Of a stretch of 22,504 nucleotides of DNA, positions 1 to 9,892 are shown in pieces. The stretch covers positions 168,961 through 191,464 of the forward strand of contig MU271193.1 in the NCBI GenBank assembly GCA_021432655.1, given 5' to 3'. Below the pieces are notes generated by a model that saw only the letters and a list, made by a program, of their open reading frames with translations, was not told the origin of the DNA and searched no databases. This stretch comes from Atractiella rhizophila. Its lineage: Eukaryota. Position 1 is the first letter of the stretch; each line of letters starts with the position of its first letter. A program made the position numbers and the translations under genes.

Positions 1-759
1 ACATTCTGGTATATCCTAGAGATACAACGATGAACGAAACAGGCGAGAAACTTAGAAATCAAGTGCGAGAGACTGTTGATGGTCGCAGAAGCAATTTGCT
101 CTTTTGAGTCAGAGGGTTAGCGTATTTCAAGCGGGCCCCTCGCGGGGGCATATTAATTATCGTTCACGACCTTATTCTAGGCGCCGTTCCTTTTTCTGTT
201 CCTTTTTGGCGTCCAACGCTGAGAATTTTGTTTCGAACTCGAGTCGGGCCACTTTTCATGGCATTTATCCTGGCCCAGACAACGCCATCAATATACCTAC
301 ATATTTTAGGGTCGTTTCAGGCTTCTGGGATACGAGTAACAGCTCGCTCAACTTTCCAAAGCTTCCCCAAGCGTTCCTGGTCCACTTTTCTGTTTCTCTC
401 AGAATCTTGAAGAAGCCGAGATTTAGTTAGATTAACAAGAGATTGAGCTAGATCAGGAATAGAGATCAGATTGATGAGATTGAACCCGCGTTTTATTGCC
501 TCCGCTTCACCAGCTCCGCTTGAATCTCGCCTCGAACTCAGTCAAGCGCTCCAGTTTGCTTGCAGCATTGTGCTTCTCGGCGAGAAGCCTCATCATTTAT
601 TTCGATGACAATAGATCTTTCTTTGGACAGCATTGCTGCATAAATGAATAACAATTGCGAATCACTAGAAGATAATCAGTCCCAAGCTGATATTGATTGA
701 CACAAGGTGTAGGCCATGACTGCTGCGACAATCATGCAACGGACGAGATCAATCCGAGC

Positions 760-1609
760 TCAAACCCTCCTGGTGGTTCGCCTGTGCCTGTTCCTCCTTG
801 ACGCTGGAGCCCCAGCAGGAGAAGGAGCTGTCACCAAGCACGTTGTCGGATCTGCCGTCTGGTTCAACACCTTGACCGTCTTCATCCAGAGAGCTTCCCT
901 TTCCTGCGTGTATTCCGTCACCAGACAATCCTCAACATAAGTCCTGAAACCATTACACCCACCACTGTTTATCGCATCAGTAGCATTGCGTCCACATCCC
1001 ACCATCCCACTCTCAGAGAGATACCACACAGCTGAAGCAAAAGAATGCTCATCATCAAGAACGAGGTCACGAACATCATTTCTAGTCGTGTTTGAAATGA
1101 AGTTGGGAGAAGCTGGATCGTCGTAGTCTGGCTGAGGAGCAGACGGAAGGAGTTTGAGTGTTGCATTGCTAGTTTCAGGAAGCGATTGGGCGTAAGTCCA
1201 GATGTTAGGGAAAGAAAGCATGGCTCGCGTTCCCACACCGGGAGTGGGCTGAAGAACTCCGTTCGTCCAACTGCTCCGAAGTTAGCCTAGTTTGTGCAAT
1301 ATAGATGAAGAAATAGAAGACAGACTGGTTAATATTGTAGGAGAAATTCCCAGATTCCAAGAGCATGGTGGAAAGGAGAGCGGCAGCGAGTTGAGGTGTG
1401 GTGATGTTGTAGAGGTTGAACCCATTATTAATGTGTCCAATAGCCTGCGAAGCAGTCCTGCATTCTGATGCGAAGGTTGCAGTAGAATTGCAGGTTGTGG
1501 TAGAGTTGGAAACAGCCTCAATTTGTGATTGTGTCACCTTGAATGTTGGAGGAGGACACGAAGCCACAAGAGGCGACAATACGCTGATTAGAAATAGAAG
1601 ATGGACCAT
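760..1609 (-). CDS. Secreted protein (~264 aa) with lysozyme/GH19-like motifs, 2 exons
   Basis: Hydrophobic signal-like N-terminus MVHLLFLISVLSPLVAS. GT..CTAAC..CAG intron 1325-1271 joins the ORFs to give YNIN-HWTNGVLQPTPGVGTRAM. Motifs LLSTMLLESGNFSY and SFASAVWY. Several Cys; basic C-tail. Family assignment is by motif resemblance only. Confidence 0.8.
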
Positions 1610-1684
1610 GTCGACTCAGTTTTGATATCAGTTGTTCTTGAAAGTTGGAATAGTGCTGCAGTCTCACAGCGTTTCGCAACCATG

Positions 1685-1691
1685 TTTTATA
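1685..1691 (-). promoter_or_regulatory. Putative TATA box (TATAAAA) of the secreted-protein gene
   Basis: TTTTATA on + reads TATAAAA on -, about 76 nt upstream of ATG 1609. Confidence 0.45.
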
Positions 1692-4022
1692 ACTGGCACG
1701 AATAAGGGCAAGACAAGGAGCGGGAGGACAAAGTATGTCAATGAAAGAAGGGATTTATAAAGATCTCCAGCTTGTGAGCCAACAATAGCGGGATCTCAAG
1801 GAGGTTTATGACTTACTACACAAAGGATAGGCATGAAGTTTAATTATGTATGCCAATCGTTTCGACTGGCACTCGTGGCAAAGAATCAGAAAGAAGAGAA
1901 GCAGCCTGAGAAAAGGAAGGTCCGTCAGCCTGTGGGAGTCTGTGTCGGGGTGTTGCCGCTCTGTTGTCACAAGCACAAGCTGAAAAGAGATAAGAAACAT
2001 GGCTCGCGGCTCACGTTTACTTGCTTAACACATAACAGAGCTAGCGAAAGAGTTAACAGACAGCACGATTGCTTCCAGTAATCATCCGCCTCAAGCTGTC
2101 AAACTTAATTGGTGTCACGTTCCATACGGATGGGCCAAAAAGATACAGGACATGAGGACAGGAGCACTTACAGGAATGATGCGTATGCGTATGCGCACGC
2201 AAGCGGAACGACAAAGAATAACAAGGAGAAAAACAGCGGCGTTATATCGAAGAACAGCCCAGTCCTAGTGCTAGTGTGCCACATGTTTGGGTGCGTAGCC
2301 CTTTTACTTCGCCTTTGCGCTTTTTCGGTGCGTGACGCGTTACACATTCAGGCAGCATGCACGATGCACGCATCAAGTCTGCCCTGTTAGGTTACTAGTT
2401 TACAAACGTTCAGGCTCGTTGTTCAGAAACTCGTCATTCAAAGTTTTGTTTTGGATAAAGCTGAGCGACTTGGGAGTCAATTATGATCTGAGTCCTGGCT
2501 GGACTCCTTTGATTCCTTGAAATGGATAACAGGAATAGAAAGTTCTGAAAAGCTATCAGAGAGGAGGACTACGGCCACAAGAAGAAATGTCTCCTTGACA
2601 ATCTGGTTCAATCTATGCGTTGCCCGAATCAATCGAAGTAGTTACATGTAACCGGACGAAGACAGCACGGTCCGAAGATATTCAGCAGATCATCGCGGAC
2701 AATTCGCGGGATAACACCTGTCGAACAATCGCGTTCCGGTCAAACAGCGGATCAGCGAGAGGATGGTGCGGCCCAGTTGTTTTTCAGAATACCAGTAGTA
2801 AGCAAATACCTGTTTTAAGTACGTCTACCTGGATGGCCGTGACAACAAACCGAGTCCCCAGACATCTCGCGAGCGCTAACTCAGCCCCTCTGCCTTTCTG
2901 ATCGAGATAGCACAGTAACAAGCTCACGGTACTGTCAGCCCGTGTTACTGTATTCATTGGAATTATGTTCATTACTGTATTGGTTTCTGTATTCTTCTGT
3001 CTGACTCACCGAACCAACACAACCACACTACCATCTTCCGAGCTTGCGATCCCTTCCCCCCTTGAAGATCAGATCGTAACCTCAATTACGACAGTGACCG
3101 AATCAATCACTATCCCTAGTGTCAATCCGCCCATTTCATGTGTGGCAAGCTCCACTCATGGTGTGCTGGTATTCATTGGGAAGAGATCTTTGGAAAAATG
3201 TCTACCCAAAATTGGTCCGTTCATGAGTTCACATCCTCACACCACTCCCTTCCGCGTTTCGTCCATCAGTTCATGTTTGTCATCCTCTCAGCGTGCTCCC
3301 GTTGCTGCGCCATCAACCTGTTGAATGAAAATCTTCACCATTTGTTATTATCACGAGCATCGTACACCCTCCGTCTTAACCTGTATCTGTATCTGTACAG
3401 TTCAACAACCTAAAATTTATCGAATGAGCATGACAGCTCCCCTCAAACAGACCGCGACCTCTTCCGAAGCCGTAACTCCCTCGCCGTTGAAGCGAATGGA
3501 TAGTGCAATGGTGGAGACGTATGCACGTCGTTGCCCAAACGGTTCTTCCCTGATCTTCACTTCCGTTTCACCTTTCACCTTCGGACAACTCGTTCTGAGA
3601 CGGGTAACGATTGAGATTTACTTCTCCGTACTTCTCGATCACCGTTCATCGAAACACAGAGATATCAGCGATTTTCATGGTAACCGCCCAGGAAACCGTT
3701 GGCTTTCCAACTTCAACTTCCGGACTGGCTGTCTCTGTCTCCTTTCTTCCCGTCTCCTCATCCTTTTTCGCCCGTGAAAAGTACGTTGCTAAAGAGGCTA
3801 TGGCGCTCGCGTGATTTTTTTCAAACTATGGCTTCCGGACCAGACCGACAGCCTCTTGGTACGAGACGTGGAGGCGGAGCTGAGGCTGAGTCGAGGATGC
3901 AAAGCGGTCTCATTGTTCAGACCGATTTAAGCTCTTAACTCAGCCTAACTTCGATAAGTCCGGACGTTGGCCGCACTTCCATCATTTGTCGCTGCCATGT
4001 CCAGACAAGCGTTTACCCGGTT

Positions 4023-4029
4023 TATAAAA
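4023..4029 (+). promoter_or_regulatory. Putative TATA box (TATAAAA) of the short Zn2Cys6 gene
   Basis: TATAAAA followed by a pyrimidine-rich tract, about 120 nt upstream of ATG 4145. Confidence 0.45.
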
Positions 4030-4144
4030 GACCTCCTGTCGCCCAAAACTTCCCGCTCTGCTCTCCCAAGTCGACTCCCTGAAGCAAACCCACCTCGCAA
4101 CCAACAAGCGTAACTATCATTCAAGCCTTTACAGAGGACACAAG

Positions 4145-5229
4145 ATGACCAACGAGCTCGAACGCGTGCCAAAGAGGAAGGCGGATCAGATGTCTGACTC
4201 TTTACCTGTTGAGGTTCCTGGGAAGAAAAAGAGGAATAGAAAAGCAGTCAGTTGCATCAATTGTAGAAGAAAGAAAGGTACGTTGTTTTACTGAAGAAAA
4301 GCGAGCAGAATCCTAATGTGGATGGACACTTGCAGTAAAATGCGATAGAACTTTCCCTTGCTCCTCTTGCAAGGTTCGAGGAGAAACTTGCGAGTGGGCT
4401 GAGAACACAAAACCAGTGTAGGTTTTCGTGAATTAATCCTGACAGTTATCAGAACTGATTTGATTTCCATTATGAAAATAGAGCCGAGTCGGAATTAGGA
4501 GTGCATGACCTTGCTTGCGAAATTGGGAGGCTACATCGAATAGTAAAAGACCTTTCAGAACGTCTATCCCTCGATCAAGATGAAATCAAGGCCATGCTCG
4601 CACCCTCTCTCTCCGTCGTCGCCACCCTCTGCCCTCCGTCACGCCGAATGTCACGAGTTTCTAATTCTCCCTCGAACGCGTCAGAGAATTCTTCCTCCCG
4701 GTCTTCACACTCACACTGTTCGGAGGCGGATGAGTGTCTTTCGTCGGCGGAGGAAGACGACGCCAAGTCCTTTGCGACGCCCAATACCCGGCATACACAG
4801 GCAGGGTCATCGCACGGCCACAACGAGCACGAGCACAACCAAAACCACAACAGCGGGGTCCATCCAACCTTCGCCCAGATCGAAAACACTCTCCTCCGCT
4901 CTCCCGTACCTCCCCAACAAGCAACAGAGCAAGCGGTGCTCCAAACACACATCCTACACCAACTTGCCCATTCTGCCCGTGTCTCCCCTCAAGCTTTCCT
5001 AGAGAATTTTGCCTACGCCAATGCTCATGGAGCACATCGTCATGCTGCGCCTCCGTTTTACCCACCAATTACGGTGACCCAAGCGGACTTCGAGGCCTTA
5101 CAGCATAGCGCCGCTGGGGTGTCGACTGGATTAACCATGCAGGACTTGAACGATTTGCAGTTCCTCTCCTCTTTCCCTCAGAACACCAACTTCACCCCTC
5201 TCCTAAATTCCGCTTCTTTGGCTTTTTGA
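4145..5229 (+). CDS. Zn(II)2Cys6 transcription factor, short (~320 aa), 3 exons: 4145-4277, 4336-4417, 4482-5229
   Basis: Spliced product contains [37 protein letters not shown], then a coiled-coil-like LACEIGRLHRIVKDL and a Ser/His/Gln-rich tail. GT-AG introns 4278-4335 and 4418-4481. Alternative start at 4190. Confidence 0.88.
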
Positions 5230-5611
5230 TTCGATGTGAATTCAGCCTCGTTCCTCCTCTGTTTCGACTTCTCGCCGTATGCTCTGCTTGCAGTTCTCTC
5301 TGACTCTTGGTTCTTTGGTTCTTCGGTTTTACAGCTGTGCATCGGACACTTCATTGTGCTTCTTCTGCTTTTTTGGAGGTCCCAAAAGTTGGGTTGTGCA
5401 CCTGTCGTATGTACTTAATAGGCAACGCCGTACAGTAAGTCGTATGAGTATGCTTCCAATGCCAAGTACTAGTTTATCTTCACATCTACCTGCGAAGTGT
5501 GTAAATTGTCAATGGCCAGTTCCTCTGATGGAAAGGAAGTACGTTGACATCTTTCAGGAGCTAACGTCTTATTGATACAATTCTTGATATAGTTCTATCG
5601 GATACAAGACT

Positions 5612-8449
5612 CTATTGATGCGCTTTGAGTTGCTGCTGCATACTTTTTGCAAAATTGCTCCTTGCCCGAATCTCTGGTCCTTTCAAAAGCAAAACGATGG
5701 GGATGAATGACAACAACAGTGCAAGTCCCCCAGCGAGTGTCCCAGCCCATTGATAGCCAATGCCATTGTCTATCGAAAAAGTCAGAGACGAGACCACACG
5801 ACGCACAGAAGATTGTGCTTACAGAGTTGCGTGGTGAACAAGGGAAAGATGAAACCTGCCATGTTCCTCGTCCCTACAGAGAGATGAGTACTGTCCGCTC
5901 AAGGATTTCTCATGCAAGGAGACACGCACAGGACTGGGCTGCCATTGCGGACGACGCGTACACGAGATAGCAATCACTAGTCCAATGTTAAGCTTCCTCC
6001 AAGAGCGCTCACAGAGTTCTAGACTTGCCTTAGGTAGTTGAAAGTGGCGAGATAAATCATATAAACCCCTGTGATGAGAATTGTCACGCCGATGAGAGGT
6101 GGCCACCAAGGGCCATTTCCCTAAGGAGCGGATCATTAGCACTGTGAGGTTCATGGGCTGAAAAGATACCTGAGTCCAAGCGAAGATGAAGCAACCGATA
6201 GGGAAGAGGAATCCACCGATTATGGAGGAATACAATCTCGCTTCCGGGCCTCTCTCCTTTACATTCTTTTGATACATTTGTTCTTGCCACGGATTGCTTA
6301 GGCCCCCGAAAACACCTCCAATACTGTTAAGTCTCTTAGTTATTGCCATCTCTAAACAAGCGTATAAACTTACGTTATAGCGAAGAACGCCAATCCAGTC
6401 TGTCCGTTATCGAATCCATACACATTCTTGCAAACCAAAGGAATCGCTTCAAGGAGTAGGTATAGAACCCCCCACGCAAATCCCACCCAAAGAGAAAACG
6501 ACAGAACTACTGGCTCAGTCGCCATGAGATCTGTTGCCCGCTCGACATCAAACTCGGATAATGCTCAGGGGGAAGAAGAACGCACAAAGTGGCCGAGACA
6601 AACTAACACGGATCAATATCGCAAGGCTCGCTCGCTCTTCGTCAGCTTTCACTTTGTATCTCTCATCTCCAGTGATGGAGCGGAGATGCTGGGCGATGCG
6701 GGACAAGATGACGGAACCTCGTGTCTCCCTGAGAATGAGTAGCATCAGGAGCCACGTCACGCTGGCAAGTATGAGCTATGGCCACTTCTAAGTTCTGTTT
6801 TCGCTAACAGGAAGCATGACTTTACCTGAATCCAATTCGACCACCTCCAACCGATGTCTTGTTCTACATAGCCGAACCATACCTAATCATCATTAACCCC
6901 TACAGGACTCACATAGGAGAGACGCTTACAGCTCCCAAACCAGTCCCAGCGAAAGTACATATACTGAAGATGCTCATTGGCACACCCCTCTGCGAACTTT
7001 CAAACATATCGGCCACGGTTCCTCCCACCATCGTACTCCCAGTGCTCGCAGCTGCCCCAGAAAGAAACCTAACGACACATATGGCCGCTATGCTTCTCGT
7101 GAGAGCTTGAGGGATGAAGAATGCGGCGTAGAGCAAAGTTGTGACGATGTACAGAGGATTCCGCCCGTACGCCTCTGAAAATGGGGCCAGGACGAGAGGT
7201 GCCACCCCGAAGCCAAGTGGGTAACTAACACAGGATCGTGTCAGCGGAATACAAAGCATGAGCGGAAAAGCGACTTGCAGCCCCAGTGCCAAATTGTTAA
7301 TTTCACTCTTTGACCCTAGGTCAGCAGTCATCCCAGGAATACAGATAGCGAAGGCTGAAGCGGTGGAAGCTCTGTTTCCCCGTACACGAATATCAGTTAG
7401 TGGGTCATGACATAACAACGAGGGAAATGTAGGGAGAGGGGAAAACGAACACCAGCAAGCAATACCAGCAGCACAGGATCGTTATCGTCCACTTCTTCCG
7501 ACTCGTCCAATTGAAAGGGTTCCGCTTTGAACCTGGCACGAACTCGACCTGTGTATCATGTCAGTCAGCTGGGAATCTGAATGGTAGCAAGTTCATCATC
7601 GATCGTCTGTGTTCTCATTTCAGTACAACAAGAGGAAATGTCCTCGTCCAACTCGAATCGGGAACAACGGGACTGGACGCATTCCATTGACAATGAGGGA
7701 AAGCGGAAAACCTTAACATCAAAGTCGATGAGGCGTTGTCTCCAAGGGAGCCGTAAGACCATTTTCCCTCACGCATCGTGCGATGGGTTGTTACTCGACT
7801 GTCCCAACTTCAAGTTGTGCAGAAAATGTCAAGGATCGTCGTCATAGAAACTAAAGTTAGGGAAAGGTGCAGTTTGATTGTCATGCTTTCAGCAATGACA
7901 AGTGAGTAGTTTAAGGTAGAAAGAGTCGGAAAGACATGAAATAACGATGTTTGGTTGTACGGTACGCAGATCGCGTCCCCTTCCATTGAGTTGCGACAAA
8001 ACAAAAATAATATTGATAGGGGTGAACTAATGCGCACTGCTAGATGTCAAGGTGGATGAGGAAGCTAATCATTGGACCCCAAACAGCACTAGCCAGTTAA
8101 GACTAGAAGCGAAAAGGACAGGAATCTTGTGGTCCTGCTCGTGCTCCATCCAGCTAGTATCGATTGAAACGAAATCAAGTTAGGTCGCTGAAAGTGAGAA
8201 AGTGGGAGGCTGCAGCAACAAACTGGCAAACCAGACTGGTTTTTATTGTAAGCATTGTGAAAACGAATGCTCTAGATGCATACTACATTTCTAGATGATA
8301 GGAACAAGCAAGAAACTTACCCAAAGCACTTCCTCTCCTTCCCTTCGTTGTAATACCGATCTAACTCCCTCGTCTCTCTCCACCGGTCGTCCAACCCACT
8401 CCTCCCCCTCCTTGTTCTTGTCACCCTCGTTTTTCGTGTTCTTCCTCAT
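5612..8449 (-). CDS. MFS drug:H+ antiporter (DHA1-like), paralog A, 12 exons
   Basis: Spliced: EEVLW|VEFVPGSKRNPFNWTSRKKW...APFSEAYGRNPLY...GGTVADMF...RG.PM...GWRW...LRETRGSVIL...PEARL...YASSAMAAQS...YQWAGTL...GPEIRARS. Exon 1 (8449-8321) is joined through a 772-nt intron (8320-7549). The true start may be 8552 if a 1-nt indel exists in the A-run near 8430-8434. Confidence 0.88.
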
Positions 8450-8736
8450 TCAGAGTATCGGATTCATCCTCCTTCCGCCGTCGCTCCTCCAAGCCTTGGG
8501 GTGAAATCCTTCCTGCTTCGAGCTCTTCATGTAAATTATCGTTTTTCTCCATTGCTTGAACCTTCCGCCGATGATGGGGAAAAATTGGCGTCAGAAAACT
8601 CATAAATAGTCTACGGTGAAGATGCCGGTTACGGCAAACGAATTGCAGTGGTGTTAGAACGGAGTTCTCCGCTACCGCTACCTTTATTTTTTACGTCGTT
8701 TCGTGATTGGGTATAGACACCGCGTAAGCTTGGCGA

Positions 8737-8763
8737 CAAGCCTCCTCCTTTGGAGGAGGCTTG
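8737..8763. repeat. Perfect 12-bp hairpin CAAGCCTCCTCC-TTT-GGAGGAGGCTTG
   Basis: Read directly; it overlaps the outer end of the left inverted arm. Confidence 0.9.
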
Positions 8764-9690
8764 CGACGGAGCCGAAGCGGTCGGCTTGACCTTCGGCGAA
8801 TTTTTGGCACTTTCGACTTCAACTCGACCTACCGTGGTCCCAATGAACAAGAAGGAGAAGTGGTTGGTAGCGGTAGAAAGAGCTGGCTCTAGACTACTAG
8901 GCTGCCATACAGCTAAGGGGGAGAGCGGGTAACGGGGGAGAAATTTCGGTTTGAAATTGGTGTGTTCTTCCCGTGTTTTGGTCAGAATGGGTTACTTCTC
9001 CAGTGAAATTCCCCGAGCTTTCTGAGACTCTTCCACACCCTACACTGAGATGCTAACACCTTCAACTTCTAGACTACTGCGCCGCTATACAGCTAAGGGG
9101 GGAGAACGGGTAACGTGGGAGGAATTTCAGTTTGAAAGTAGCGAGTGTTCCCATCTTCACATACTATTGTGATGAGTCCAGGATCTATTCAGGTCTCACC
9201 ACTTCCAATTCAGGTTTCCGTTTCTTGTTTTGTAGTCCATAACAGCAAAAATGAAATACATTTCATTGGCAGAATACTCCCAAAGCGACATCATGTCATA
9301 GCAGTGAACCCATTTGCACAAGTGAGCCTGATGAGAAGGTAAACTATGGAAATTTCTGCAGCCCTATCACCCACCAACAAAGTAGAAGGTGTTAGAATGT
9401 CAGTAGGGTGGGAAGATTCTCAGAAGCTCTGGAATTTCACTAGAGAAGTAACCCCATCCTGACCAAAACACTGGACGACACACATCAATTTCAAACCGAG
9501 ATTTCTCTCCCGTTACCCGCTCTCCCCCTTAGTTGTATGGCAGCCTAGTAGTCTAGAGCCAGCTCTTTCTACCGCTACCAACCACTTCTCCCTCTTGTTC
9601 ATTGGGACCACGGTAGGTCGAGTTGAAGTCGAAAGTGCCAAAAATTCGCCGAAGGTCAAGCCGACCGCTTCGGCTCCGTCGCAAGCCTCC
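8755..9690. repeat. ~310-bp inverted repeat with ~310-bp spacer
   Basis: The reverse complement of 9380-9690 aligns to 8755-9068. The outer ~180 bp has 2 mismatches; the inner part has many substitutions and indels. Confidence 0.95.
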
Positions 9691-9892
9691 GCTACCTTTA
9701 TTTTTTACGTCGTTTCGTTGATTGGGTATAGACACCGCGCTAGAAGACTACAAAACGCAGATAACGAGGAAGAAAAGATATAGAAAGCCTGAGAAATTGT
9801 TAAAGTCAGGTGATAGGTGAGTCGGGCTGACAAATTCCAGCAAATAAAGGCCTCATGTAAAGTCTAATTTTTATTTTTACAATGTTGCTCTT

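Larger units (their letters stand above)
8646..9739. mobile_element. Composite non-autonomous DNA-transposon-like / foldback element
   Basis: Inverted arms 8755-9068 and 9380-9690. The motif TCTAGACTACT...TACA(G/A)CTAAGGGGGAGA.CGGGTAACG occurs three times (~8888 +, ~9068 +, ~9557 -). A ~50-bp direct repeat lies at 8676-8724 and 9689-9739. Imperfect CAG/TAG-starting terminal repeats at 8646-8682 and 8866-8899. No transposase ORF and no target-site duplication found. Confidence 0.6.

Noticed and set aside
1..700. Short ORFs and a GC hairpin (GCCCCTCGCGGGGGC ~135-149) as a gene relic or Helitron end
   Set aside because: No coherent spliced protein, and no CTRR terminus at the expected distance.
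1800..3940. Several 60-150-aa ORFs and short repeats (TATGCG, CTGTAT) in the long intergenic region
   Set aside because: No recognisable domains or consistent splice model; compatible with chance ORFs and microsatellites.
7560..7602. ATGATGA...TCAGATTCCCAG-CTGA on the - strand as a possible snoRNA half (guide resembling an LSU rRNA complement, from memory)
   Set aside because: No upstream box C or terminal stem, only a ~10-nt match, and the CTGA coincides with the branch-point region of the intron.
8629..9783. Twin ORFs MFIGTTVGRVEVESAKNSPKVK... on opposite strands
   Set aside because: By-products of the inverted repeat; no transposase or other recognisable motif.
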